A DNA stretch of 34,958 nt from an uncultured Candidatus Saccharibacteria bacterium (GCA_964651645.1 CAZYVW010000001.1:1-34958); one strand, 5' to 3'. Counted from the first letter of the stretch, positions 18,012-26,908 are shown. The notes: generated by a model not told the origin, from the sequence alone. Program-made: numbers and translations.

Positions 18012-18827
18012 CTACTGCGCTCTATATTTGCCGCGTATGGCTTTTAGAAGCACTCCCATTACGTGAGCGTTGCCTTTAATCGGGCTAATCTTGGTTGGTG
18101 TTTTACCTTTTTTTGGATACTCGCGGGTAACCGGGGTTTCTGTAAGTTTAAATTTTTTCAGGCGCGCTGCTTCAATGGCCAGATGATAGTGAAGTTCGTA
18201 GGTCATAAAAATATCGCGGAAAACTGCAACTTGGGGATCAGCCAATAACTTGGCACTATAGGCCCGAAAACCATTGGTGGTATCGGTGTGTCTATGGCGA
18301 GCAGCAAGACTAATCAGCGGTGAGTGTACTAAGCGCACAGCCAGCAGACGCTCCAGTGGGGTATTAATGGCATGTCCACCCTTAATAAATCTTGAGCCCT
18401 GAATGTGGTCATAGCCCTTGTCTAACAATTTAATGAAATCTGGTATAGCGGAAACGTCGTCTTTGTTGTTGCCGTCTATAACGACTACGCCGGCATAGCC
18501 TTTATGTAATACGTAAGCAAAAGCCATACGCATTTGGGCGCTTAGTTTGCCCGGGCCAGTTTTAGTAAGTAAGGCTGTTACCTGGACGGACTTCAAAAAA
18601 TTAGTTTCCAGCGAGCCATCGGTACTACCACCGTCAGCAACTATAATATCTACTTGGCCAGCATATTTTTTCATGAGCTTTAACTGTTTCTGAACTTTCT
18701 GGCCTTCATTGATAACAAAAACGCAGACACAATATTTGTGTTTCTTGGGCGCCAGCTCCTTTAGCGTAAAGTCCGGGAATTGCCAAGCAGGGTGTGCCTT
18801 ACGAATTGTTTTTAAATAATCAGTCAT
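18012..18827 (-). CDS. glycosyltransferase family 2, soluble, polyprenyl-phosphate-sugar-synthase-like
   Basis: VFVINEG, IIVADGGSTDGS (residues 62-73), VVVIDGNNKDD (DGN at 118-120) and TNGFRAY are present. No TM span is evident. It appears paralogous to the 22972-23709 product. Confidence 0.75.
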   Translation of the reverse strand: MTDYLKTIRKAHPAWQFPDFTLKELAPKKHKYCVCVFVINEGQKVQKQLKLMKKYAGQVDIIVADGGSTDGSLETNFLKSVQVTALLTKTGPGKLSAQMRMAFAYVLHKGYAGVVVIDGNNKDDVSAIPDFIKLLDKGYDHIQGSRFIKGGHAINTPLERLLAVRLVHSPLISLAARHRHTDTTNGFRAYSAKLLADPQVAVFRDIFMTYELHYHLAIEAARLKKFKLTETPVTREYPKKGKTPTKISPIKGNAHVMGVLLKAIRGKYRAQ

Positions 18828-18829
18828 GG

Positions 18830-19816
18830 TTAGCGTGCTATGTTCCTTCTGGTGGCATCGGCCACCCGTACCTTGCTGTTTAGCTCGTCCAAAATGTAGT
18901 ATTGCGGCTCATGCCAGGTTTCTTCTAAAATTTTCCCGATATATTCACACAGCACAGCCAGGATTGCAAAAAGCAAGAAAAACATTAAGGCCGACTGCAA
19001 AGAAAGTGTCGTCCAGCCTTCGGCCACATTATTTTTGACCAACCGAACGCCTATAACGTAGCCAGCGTAACCTAGGTTCAGGAACGAACCCAAAAAGCCG
19101 AGCCAGGCCAGAAAACGCAAAGGATGTTTGGAGTAATTGGTGGCCAGTTCAATTGCCGACATAAACAATTGGTAGAGGTGTTTTTTCTCACGTTTGTACT
19201 TATCAATAGGCTTATATGGAAAATCCTCGGCTTCGTAGCCAATTTGCCGTGCCAAATATCGGATATGCTTGGCTGATCGATTGCTGCGGGTCAAGGCATT
19301 AACCGCCTTGCGGCTAAAGGCTATAAAGTAAGTGCTATTTACGGGAATAGAGATCCCTAAGAATTTTTTGTTATACCAATAAAATAACTTGGCCCCGTAA
19401 TTATTGGTCAGTCCTGAGCGAATTTTCTGGGTACTAAGCCCAAACACCAGCTCGGCCTTTTGGACTTTAGCGGCAAGTTTGGGGATTAGGTTGATAGGAT
19501 CATTAGACGTACGGACAACTACAATGTCACCAATAGCCGCTTCCAGACCAACGTAGACGCAGATGTCTTTTGGGTAATCCCGCGACAGCCGTATGACTCG
19601 AACACAGGCAATAGTTTTTAAAAGTTCTGTGATGCGGGCCAAGTTTGCGGGACTGATTTTATTTTCAACCAGGATAATTTCATAGTTGCTGTAATGGTCG
19701 CGCATAGTTTGACCGAGCTTTTCTAGATCAGTATGCAGTTTTTGGCTGTCCGCATCGGGAATAAAAACTACCGACACAAAAATATCTTCCAGCTTAACTG
19801 CTCGACGTTTATTCAT
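18830..19816 (-). CDS. GtrB-like membrane-anchored GT2-fold protein with degenerate catalytic motifs
   Basis: Its length and architecture match bactoprenol glucosyltransferase: an N-terminal GT-A domain plus two C-terminal TM spans (FLAWLGFLGSFLNLGYAGYVIG, LMFFLLFAILAVLCEYIG). However, the expected (V/I)DDGS reads ILVENKIS (residues 48-55) and the DxD reads VVRTSNDP (residues 100-107). Confidence 0.7.
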   Translation of the reverse strand: MNKRRAVKLEDIFVSVVFIPDADSQKLHTDLEKLGQTMRDHYSNYEIILVENKISPANLARITELLKTIACVRVIRLSRDYPKDICVYVGLEAAIGDIVVVRTSNDPINLIPKLAAKVQKAELVFGLSTQKIRSGLTNNYGAKLFYWYNKKFLGISIPVNSTYFIAFSRKAVNALTRSNRSAKHIRYLARQIGYEAEDFPYKPIDKYKREKKHLYQLFMSAIELATNYSKHPLRFLAWLGFLGSFLNLGYAGYVIGVRLVKNNVAEGWTTLSLQSALMFFLLFAILAVLCEYIGKILEETWHEPQYYILDELNSKVRVADATRRNIAR

Positions 19817-20924
19817 AAATTAGCTCTATCTCTCTAAGCACATCGTAAATGTTATCAAGTTTCCCTCCCATAATACAGGTATAGCCTTTGAGGCCATGAT
19901 CTTTTTTAAATAAGATCGGACGACTATCGTCATTTTCGCTTTGCGGTAGTACCGTTTTGATCTCCCAAAGTGAATCTACATATTTAGCGTCTTTTAACTC
20001 TGGTATGTAGCGGATGGCATCCTTGTACATCTGTTGAAAATGATTAGCTGGCCTTGCTTCTTCGGCTAATAATTTATGGCCGTCCTGGTAATCTTTGTCA
20101 TCATCCTGCCAATCGTGGTGCGGCGTGTAGCTAACGTGGGAGAGAGTATGTAGCCCTCGTGCAGGAAATGGCATGAATGAAAAAAACGGACCGCACATTA
20201 CTGTTACCGAAGTGTTAGCCAGCCCCTTGGGCAGAGAGATTAGACACATTTCTGTCAGCTCGTGTTTAAGCGGTATTTTGGGAAGACCAGACTGCAGGTT
20301 TATTTTATTAATCATTGAGTAGGTGCAGTTAAAAACGTTCTTGGCATGGTAGCGCTTGCCGCTTTCACACTCAACAGACACTCCGTCCGGATGTTTGACT
20401 ACGCGGTGAACTACCTCACTGGATTTTAAAGTTACGCCGTTGCTTGTAAGTTTATCCGTTAGAGTTTTCTTGAGAATATCAGCGTCAAACACGTACTCTT
20501 TAACTTTAAAGACGTCTTCAATAAGACGATCGTTAAACTTATCTTTGATAAATTGGGGAGCGGAGCCGATTGGAGCATTGATTCTTTCGCAAAATAATTT
20601 AAACTGCTTGGCGGTTACTTTGGAGAAGTTACGGGCAATAGCGTAGTAGGCATCGAAGTCATTAACAATGGCTTTACTATTGTCGCTCACAAACCGGTCA
20701 AAATTTACTTGAGAGCGTAAAGCTGTCAGTAAACTCCGAGGATAGTGGTAGCCACCATGCACCCGAGCCTGATTATTATATGAAGCTCGCCGCATAAAGT
20801 CAGATTCTTTTTCGAGTACCAGCACTCGTTTTTGTTTGAGATTGTCGTGGCAATATTGAGCAATCGTCAGGCCAAAAAAGCCACCCCCAATAATAATGGT
20901 GTCGTACGAATTAGAATCATGCAT
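19809..20924 (-). CDS. FAD-dependent oxidoreductase (DAO-type)
   Basis: It has the dinucleotide-binding N-terminus YDTIIIGGGFFGLTIAQY...VLVLEK followed by ASYNNQARVHGGYHYP, typical of DAO-family flavoenzymes. Its 3' end overlaps the next gene by 8 nt. Confidence 0.75.
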   Translation of the reverse strand: MHDSNSYDTIIIGGGFFGLTIAQYCHDNLKQKRVLVLEKESDFMRRASYNNQARVHGGYHYPRSLLTALRSQVNFDRFVSDNSKAIVNDFDAYYAIARNFSKVTAKQFKLFCERINAPIGSAPQFIKDKFNDRLIEDVFKVKEYVFDADILKKTLTDKLTSNGVTLKSSEVVHRVVKHPDGVSVECESGKRYHAKNVFNCTYSMINKINLQSGLPKIPLKHELTEMCLISLPKGLANTSVTVMCGPFFSFMPFPARGLHTLSHVSYTPHHDWQDDDKDYQDGHKLLAEEARPANHFQQMYKDAIRYIPELKDAKYVDSLWEIKTVLPQSENDDSRPILFKKDHGLKGYTCIMGGKLDNIYDVLREIELIYE

Positions 20925-21004
20925 ATCTTATACACTAGTATATACTAATAACGACACTTTAAGACGATTATTTCAATACCCTTGGAGCAAGAATTGCTTT
21001 AAAT

Positions 21005-21013
21005 GGTACAATC
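21005..21013 (+). promoter_or_regulatory. extended -10 TGGTACAAT upstream of the second GtrA gene
   Basis: TACAAT lies at 21008-21013. Seven nt downstream is an ATG (21021) that opens a 9-codon ORF ending at 21050, which is 5 nt before the GtrA ATG at 21056. Confidence 0.4.
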
Positions 21014-21055
21014 AGTCCCATGATTAAAACATTACGCGGCCTTTTATAGACAATC

Positions 21056-21478
21056 ATGGAAAAGCTTAAAAACTACGCGAACTATTTGTATAGACATAAC
21101 TTGGTGCGCTACCTTTTTGTCGGTGGGACTTCATTTGTTATTCTTTTTGGGGTGCAAGTATTCTTGCATGGAATCTTGGATGTTTGGCTACCGCTGGCAA
21201 CTTTTATAGCTTATTCAACATCAGTTATCTTCAATTTTACGGCTAATCGCCGATGGACTTTTAGTGCATCTGAAGCTAAAAGCCTAAAACAACATATTTT
21301 GCCTTATGCTGCTTTACTCAGTTTTAACTTGTTATTTAATGAGTTGTTTATCAATTTGGGGACACACTTCATCAACTATGCTGTTGCTACAGTACTGGCC
21401 GTTTTGATCCAGACAAGCTGGACGTATTTTATCTATAAAAACGTCATCTTCAATAAAAAAACGGAAGCCAAAGAATAA
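21056..21478 (+). CDS. GtrA family membrane protein
   Basis: 140 aa with four hydrophobic spans. GtrA motifs are present (LVRYLFVGGTSFVILFG, FNFTANRRWTF, WTYFIYKNVIF). Confidence 0.8.
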   Translation: MEKLKNYANYLYRHNLVRYLFVGGTSFVILFGVQVFLHGILDVWLPLATFIAYSTSVIFNFTANRRWTFSASEAKSLKQHILPYAALLSFNLLFNELFINLGTHFINYAVATVLAVLIQTSWTYFIYKNVIFNKKTEAKE

Positions 21479-21479
21479 A

Positions 21480-22907
21480 TCAAAGGGTTCGCGGCCCCGA
21501 GTGAACGTAGTAGCGCAGGACTATCACCACAACAGAGGATACTAGCATTAATGCCATACCAAGTGTCATCAATTTGCAGAGTTTCTGATACTCTGGCGTT
21601 TTGGCCTTGGATTTGAAGCCAAAAAAGGCCACCAGCAAAACTGAAATCGGAATAAAATAGCGCCCTTGGATGCCGTCAACTATTGATTTGCCTACTGGCG
21701 TGTAAGTTAGGTAGGCCAGAGTTGTGAAAGCCAGGATAGTAACAACGCCGACACTAGCAATCAACAGTTTTTGCCAATTTTTAAGCTTTACTAGATTTTT
21801 TTGTTCGTCGTCAGGCATCCAGCCCAAGGCAGTAGCAATCAGCCCAAAATTAAAAATCACAAACCATAGTGGCAAGAACGTCAGCCAACCCAGCATGCCA
21901 ACGTAGCCCATTATTCTGGCATCGCCCACGCCCGTGAAGTAGCTGTTGTAGATTGCCGCTAAGTAGCTTAAAGGTTTATGCAAAATAAACGACGCCTGCT
22001 GATGCGCATGTATCAGCTGGCCGTTTACCAGGTCATAAGTTACACGGTAGTTGGTGTATAGCCCTTTTGTAACATGCCCCCAAACAACAAACATTAATAA
22101 CATTCCTAGAGCTAAGCTTCCAGCAAACAAATAGTAGTTTTTAAGCGATTTAAACTTAGCCCTAGGTAACAACAGATACAGAAGAGCCAGTATAAAATAG
22201 GGGGATTTAGAAAGCATCAATCCTGCGGATGTGCCAAGAAGTATAAGATAGTCCCTCCTTGTAAGCAGATCTTTTGTCATGGCGTAGCGGAAAAATAGTG
22301 CTACAGCCAGAAACGATAGACCGTTAGTTAGGGCGTCTGCCGATAGCGACGCGCCAGTAAAAAGCGACATCGGCATCAATGCCAAGACGCAAAAGACCCA
22401 TTTGCCTTTTGGCGTAATTTTAATAGCCATGTAGGTTAGCAGTAGCCAGGCAATAAAAGTCAGAAGTCTGGCTGTGTACATCAGCACCAAGGGTGGTGCA
22501 TCAAACTGTCTTAATACTGCAATGCCAAACGCCGCCGGAATATATGGCACCGGCGGATAAAGCACAGTGTTAGGAAAATTAATCGGCGTTTTGTCTTGGC
22601 GCTCCAGCGGCCTGGTCAGTCCGGTTCTAACCAGATTAAAGTTTAGCTTGTGGGTTTTTTCTTGAGCAAGGTAATCAAAGGAGTTTTTTGTTTCCAATAG
22701 ACTTCTAGGCAATGTGCCGCCTGCCCCAAGCTGATTTTTGTGGCCAACAATCCCTAGCTCAGAAAGTTGATAGGCTCTATAAAAATGATTGTCTTCGTCT
22801 GAAACTTGATACGGTGGAGTCAGGAATAAAAAAATCAAACCAAAAAATAGAGCCAGGACAAGAAATACTTTTGCCGGATGCAAATAAAAATCAGATAGTT
22901 TAGTCAT
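21480..22907 (-). CDS. DUF2142-like polytopic membrane protein (candidate GT-C transferase)
   Basis: It has at least 11 hydrophobic spans. The first-loop motif PPYQVSDEDNHFYRAYQLSE resembles the conserved PDE..H..RA motif of DUF2142 proteins, which commonly sit in rhamnose/GT2 loci. I prefer ATG 22907 (MTKLSDFYL). The track starts at GTG 22919. Confidence 0.6.
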   Translation of the reverse strand: MTKLSDFYLHPAKVFLVLALFFGLIFLFLTPPYQVSDEDNHFYRAYQLSELGIVGHKNQLGAGGTLPRSLLETKNSFDYLAQEKTHKLNFNLVRTGLTRPLERQDKTPINFPNTVLYPPVPYIPAAFGIAVLRQFDAPPLVLMYTARLLTFIAWLLLTYMAIKITPKGKWVFCVLALMPMSLFTGASLSADALTNGLSFLAVALFFRYAMTKDLLTRRDYLILLGTSAGLMLSKSPYFILALLYLLLPRAKFKSLKNYYLFAGSLALGMLLMFVVWGHVTKGLYTNYRVTYDLVNGQLIHAHQQASFILHKPLSYLAAIYNSYFTGVGDARIMGYVGMLGWLTFLPLWFVIFNFGLIATALGWMPDDEQKNLVKLKNWQKLLIASVGVVTILAFTTLAYLTYTPVGKSIVDGIQGRYFIPISVLLVAFFGFKSKAKTPEYQKLCKLMTLGMALMLVSSVVVIVLRYYVHSGPRTL

Positions 22908-22971
22908 TAGCGTTACCACTAATACTACAGGTGTGCAGAAACCTTGCCAAGAAGCGTTTGGAGCCTAGAAG

Positions 22972-23709
22972 TTAGACCGTCTTAGAATCACGCGGATGAA
23001 AGGCATATAAGAACCAATGCAAGTACATTGGCAGCCATTTGCGAAGGTTGAACTTGGACTCGCCTGTCATGCGGTCTTGCCAAGTAGTAGGCAGTTCTAC
23101 AATTTTTAGACGCTTACGAAAAGCTTTAACGGTAATTTCTAGGGCAACTTCAAAGCCACCGGTACTTTCAATCTTGATTGAATCAAGCAGCTTTTTGTCG
23201 TAAAGACGGAAATTATTAGTAGCGTCATGGATTGGGAAACGGCGGAGATAGTACAGTGAATTCCCAGCCACGCGTGAAAGCGTGCGCTTGATTAGCGGCC
23301 CACCAATTTCTTTGCCGCCCTTCATGTAACGACTAGCGCAAACAACTGATGCTCCGTTTAAATACTCTTTGTACATGGCTCCAACCATCGTTAGGTCATC
23401 AGATAAATCAGCCATAATAACCAGTACTGGTCCGGGTTCTTTGATAGCCGCAAAGCCACTTTTTAAAGCGTTCATTGGCCCACGCCCAATGTTGTTTTTG
23501 TGCAGTCTTATAGTTTTGTCTTTAGCGGCGTATTTTTTGGCAACCGGCACTGTGGTGTCCTCGTCAAAGTCATAAACCACAATTAACTCGTGGGGAATTT
23601 TAATGTCTTTTTTAACGGCTTCGTACAGGCTTGGAAAGTTATCGCCTTCATTGTAAACCGGCGTTACGATATGTAGCTTGGGTTTGCTAGATCCACCCAA
23701 GGCGGACAT
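22972..23709 (-). CDS. glycosyltransferase family 2, polyprenol-monophosphate-sugar-synthase-like
   Basis: HIVTPVYNEGDN, LIVVYDFDEDTT, VIMADLSDD and TNNFRLY are present. I prefer ATG 23709 (MSALGGSSKPK), which overlaps the upstream stop by 1 nt. The track ORF extends to 23769, inside the upstream gene. Confidence 0.75.
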   Translation of the reverse strand: MSALGGSSKPKLHIVTPVYNEGDNFPSLYEAVKKDIKIPHELIVVYDFDEDTTVPVAKKYAAKDKTIRLHKNNIGRGPMNALKSGFAAIKEPGPVLVIMADLSDDLTMVGAMYKEYLNGASVVCASRYMKGGKEIGGPLIKRTLSRVAGNSLYYLRRFPIHDATNNFRLYDKKLLDSIKIESTGGFEVALEITVKAFRKRLKIVELPTTWQDRMTGESKFNLRKWLPMYLHWFLYAFHPRDSKTV

Positions 23710-24911
23710 TAAATTATGCCGCCCTTGCCGTAGAAGTTCCAAATGTCTACCAGTTCCTTGCCGCCCCAATTGTCTTCTGCATAAATGCTGTGCGGCGTAG
23801 CCAGCACAATTGTGTCGGCGCGTTGACGAATTTCGTCCAGCGAAACAAACCGTGGATCTTTAATGAATGGGTCGTGGCAGAGGACTTCTTTGGCCTCAAA
23901 TTCTAAGCGCTTCTTTAGCTTGTAGGAAAGGCTTTCGCGCGGGTCATCATTATCACCCTTAAAGGCCATGCCTAAGATTGCAACGGTGCGACGGGTAAGG
24001 TCATAGCGCTTGCTCATTTTCTCAACGATGTAGTCTGGCAGGCCTTCGTTGACTAGCATGGCCGAGTGTCCAAGGAAAAAGTTGTTCTCACTAAAAGCCG
24101 AAAGTTGCATGGTGTCCTTAAACAAACATGGGCCAGCGGCTAGGCCAGCTTTAGCAAAAGATTTAAGCCGCGGATAGTCTTCTGTCATGGCGTTATAGAT
24201 CTTGTAAAAGTCTAGGTCATGACTGTTGGCAATCATGAAGAACTGGTTGGAAATAGCAAAGTTAATATAGCGCCAGGTGTTGGTAAATAATTTTGCCAAC
24301 TCGGCTTCCATGGGTTTAGTAACGATTATTTTTTTAGCTAAGACTTTGAAGACTTCGCTGGCTGCCTTGGTAGCTTCTTCCGTGCAGCCTCCAACTTGCT
24401 GCGGCAATTCATAAAGTTCCTTAAGAGCGTGCCCCTCAGCAATCCGTTCCGGACAGAAGGCTACTAGCGTCTTTTTGCCCTCTTTTTGCAGGTATTCGTA
24501 AACCTTGTCAGTTACGCCAGGAAACAGCGTGCTGCGCATAATCAGTAACTGATCGTCGCGGAGCTGGTTTTTAATTTGGGCTACGGCTTCAATAATTCCG
24601 GAAATCTTAGGGTTAAGGTGTTCGTCTACCGGCGTACCAATAACCATTATTACAGTTTTGGCTTTATTAATTACGCTTTTATCAGCTGAGGCTTTTAGGG
24701 TCTTACTCTTAATAACTTTTTTTAATAGCTGGTCGGCGTCGTTTTCTTTAAAGGGCATCTCAGCCTTATTAACTTTATCAACGGCTTTTTTATTTAAATC
24801 ATAAAGTACCACCTGTTTCCCTTGGTCGGCAAAAGCCATACCTAGGGGCAAACCAACGTGTCCACAGCCACCAACTATGCAAATATCAATGCCTCTACTG
24901 ACTTCAGCCAT
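23709..24911 (-). CDS. nucleotide-sugar 6-dehydrogenase (UDP-glucose/GDP-mannose dehydrogenase family)
   Basis: It has the N-terminal NAD loop ICIVGGCGHVGLPLGMAF and the catalytic-Cys context AAGPCLFKDT. The C-terminal domain reads ILGMAFKGDNDDPRES. AGGAG lies 5 nt upstream of the ATG. Confidence 0.85.
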   Translation of the reverse strand: MAEVSRGIDICIVGGCGHVGLPLGMAFADQGKQVVLYDLNKKAVDKVNKAEMPFKENDADQLLKKVIKSKTLKASADKSVINKAKTVIMVIGTPVDEHLNPKISGIIEAVAQIKNQLRDDQLLIMRSTLFPGVTDKVYEYLQKEGKKTLVAFCPERIAEGHALKELYELPQQVGGCTEEATKAASEVFKVLAKKIIVTKPMEAELAKLFTNTWRYINFAISNQFFMIANSHDLDFYKIYNAMTEDYPRLKSFAKAGLAAGPCLFKDTMQLSAFSENNFFLGHSAMLVNEGLPDYIVEKMSKRYDLTRRTVAILGMAFKGDNDDPRESLSYKLKKRLEFEAKEVLCHDPFIKDPRFVSLDEIRQRADTIVLATPHSIYAEDNWGGKELVDIWNFYGKGGII

Positions 24912-24966
24912 GTAAACTCCTAAACTTATTTGTTGTTTTTATAATATTACACTGTCTCCGTTATGC

Positions 24967-25536
24967 TCACAATGACATCCCCTGCAGGAAATCAGCAGCC
25001 TTTTGCATAGCCAAGTGATGATTGTAAGCAGAGACTTCTGGTATTTCGTCTAGGCCAATCCAGCGGAAGTCGGCCGCTTCATTCTGGGGGGAAAGCGAGC
25101 CGCCATATATATTAATAAGGTAAGTTAGAGCGATTGCATGCTTGCTAGGATCATAGCCACCTTCGGCATGATCGCGGTGGGCATACTCTGCTACATGGAC
25201 AGGCCGATCCGCAGCATTGCCACCATGGAAGTTAAAAGTTTCTACTCTTAAGTCGTTAAATAGGTGGCGGTGTATTGCATCAGCAATACCTTCGTCTTTT
25301 TTTATTCGGCCGCCCAGCATGGCTGGCTTTCCGGCTTCTGGCCCGGTGGCTCTAGTTATAATGCCAAGTCTTGGTTGGCGCCTGGTGTAGTCAACTGGTA
25401 GAAAGTCCACACATATTAGCGGCAGGTTTCGGACTACAAGCTCATACGCCGGCTCAGTCAAAAGCCCGTCTTTGTCATTAATTCCTTTTTTAGCAATAGC
25501 GTTAGCTAACGCTTTGTCAGATTCAACTCCGCTCAT
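24967..25536 (-). CDS. Nudix-fold-like protein with a degenerate Nudix box
   Basis: Residues 76-98 (GRIKKDEGIADAIHRHLFNDLRV) fit the spacing Gx5Ex7R.U, but the REUxEE glutamates read RHLFND. The overall size (189 aa) is typical of single-domain Nudix-like proteins. The call is tentative. Confidence 0.4.
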   Translation of the reverse strand: MSGVESDKALANAIAKKGINDKDGLLTEPAYELVVRNLPLICVDFLPVDYTRRQPRLGIITRATGPEAGKPAMLGGRIKKDEGIADAIHRHLFNDLRVETFNFHGGNAADRPVHVAEYAHRDHAEGGYDPSKHAIALTYLINIYGGSLSPQNEAADFRWIGLDEIPEVSAYNHHLAMQKAADFLQGMSL

Positions 25537-25543
25537 ATGCCAG

Positions 25544-25572
25544 ACAATAACATAAACATGCTACTATTTCAA
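25544..25572 (-). promoter_or_regulatory. sigma70-like promoter positioned for a leaderless transcript of the Nudix-like gene
   Basis: On the minus strand the order is TTGAAA (25572-25567), a 17-nt spacer ending in TGT, then TATTGT (25549-25544). Exactly 7 nt follow before ATG 25536. Confidence 0.5.
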
Positions 25573-25588
25573 GTTGCTGGCGACCTGT

Positions 25589-26908
25589 TTAATATCCGCC
25601 CCAACGGATTTGTTTTAAGTACTCAAGCCGTGCCTTAACCACTGTTGAATTAGGGTAAGTCAATAACAGGCAGCTCTCCGGTGGCGCGGCTAAGTGGCTG
25701 CACTGCTTTATGTTTTCTAGCTCGCGTTTGTGGCCGGCTGCACTGTGGATTCCCCAGGCGGCGTTGCTAAATAGCAGCAGTGTTGTCCCGGCTATTGCTC
25801 CGGACCATAACAGGTTTCTAAACCCAGTGCTTAACGGTTTTAGGATATCTTGACCCACAAAGCCGAAAGCAACAATTAAACTTATTGGCAGCAACATGGA
25901 AATAGTTGTATAACGGCTGCTATAGGCTTGGCTCAGCCCCAGACCCATCCTGGAAATTGCTGTAATCACCGAACTGCCCAGAGCGTATGTCCCCAGCGCA
26001 GTAAAAGGCAGCAGCTTGTTGAATGTTTGTTTACGGCGTAAGAACAAAAAAGTGTTTAGGCCTATAAAAGTAATCAGCAAAAAAGCGCCCGTAACCAGCG
26101 CCCCGGTGCGCAAGAAAGTCAGCGGCCGACCTAGATATATAAGTACGTACTTTATAAAAATAACGGGCTCCTTAAAAATCAGGGTTTTAGAGACGTAAGT
26201 TGCTGTGGTGTAGTGCCAAAAGTATGCGGTCGTGGCCAGCCCGCCTATAGCAACTGCTGGCAAATATTTTGCCGGACTAAGCCGCCGATAAACCAAGGCT
26301 ATAACTACTAACGGCCAGAGCAAGGTGCCGTTACCCAGCGAGAACTGAGCCAGCAGACCACCGACTATTATTAGCCCAAGTTGCTTCTGCGTTGAGTCTT
26401 TGGGTCGGCTTAGCGCATAAGCTACAATTACTGCGCCAAAGACATTTAGGAACCATTCCAGCTGCCAGCCCCACAACCAATTCTCAACTTGCACCGGCGA
26501 AAACCAGATTAGACTTAGTAACGCTGGCAGAAAAATTGGCAGGGTTTGCTCTAGATCTTTAGCTGTATTTTTAAGTAGTTTTAATAGCAGCCAAAAAGAC
26601 GCACTAGCGGCTGCCAGGCTAATAAAGCATTCAACTATCACATTCCAATGTGTCAAAAACGCTGAAGCCAGCAATATAATGTTTGGGATTAATATACGGT
26701 GTTCATTGTGCTGCTGCCAAACGTCGTGCCAGATAAAATGCCCAGCACGCAAATGCTGGAACATTGGCACTAGTTCCCACTGGTCTAAGTTCGGTGTATT
26801 AACCGTTTTGAAGATAATTAGCAGCCCGGCAACAACAATTGGAGCAAAAATCAGAGTCTGTGCTAAACGTAACTGAGCTCTTTTATCCCACATCTGTTTT
26901 AAAAACAT
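25589..26908 (-). CDS. polytopic membrane protein, candidate GT-C-type transferase
   Basis: 439 aa with at least 10 hydrophobic spans. The first extracytoplasmic loop carries acidic/His residues (DQWELVPMFQHLRAGHFIWHDVWQQHNEHR). No named family recognised. Confidence 0.55.
   Translation of the reverse strand: MFLKQMWDKRAQLRLAQTLIFAPIVVAGLLIIFKTVNTPNLDQWELVPMFQHLRAGHFIWHDVWQQHNEHRILIPNIILLASAFLTHWNVIVECFISLAAASASFWLLLKLLKNTAKDLEQTLPIFLPALLSLIWFSPVQVENWLWGWQLEWFLNVFGAVIVAYALSRPKDSTQKQLGLIIVGGLLAQFSLGNGTLLWPLVVIALVYRRLSPAKYLPAVAIGGLATTAYFWHYTTATYVSKTLIFKEPVIFIKYVLIYLGRPLTFLRTGALVTGAFLLITFIGLNTFLFLRRKQTFNKLLPFTALGTYALGSSVITAISRMGLGLSQAYSSRYTTISMLLPISLIVAFGFVGQDILKPLSTGFRNLLWSGAIAGTTLLLFSNAAWGIHSAAGHKRELENIKQCSHLAAPPESCLLLTYPNSTVVKARLEYLKQIRWGGY

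Noticed and set aside
19809-20924. The FAD protein as UDP-galactopyranose mutase (Glf), given its size of about 370 aa and its polysaccharide context
   Set aside because: After the GxGxxG loop the sequence follows the DAO-type pattern (ASYNNQARVHGGYHYP) rather than the Glf pattern as I remember it. It is kept as a generic FAD-dependent oxidoreductase.
21470-21500. A possible bidirectional terminator hairpin at the GtrA/DUF2142 convergent junction (gggttcgcggccccgagtgaac)
   Set aside because: The arms are not complementary beyond 3-4 bp, and there is no flanking T-run or A-run.
23710-23769. Longer start at 23769 for the GT2 gene (MGRQGTGRHLELLRQGRHNL...)
   Set aside because: The extension lies inside the 3' end of the dehydrogenase gene. 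ATG 23709 gives a typical short N-terminus before the HIVTPVYNE strand and a 1-nt stop/start overlap.
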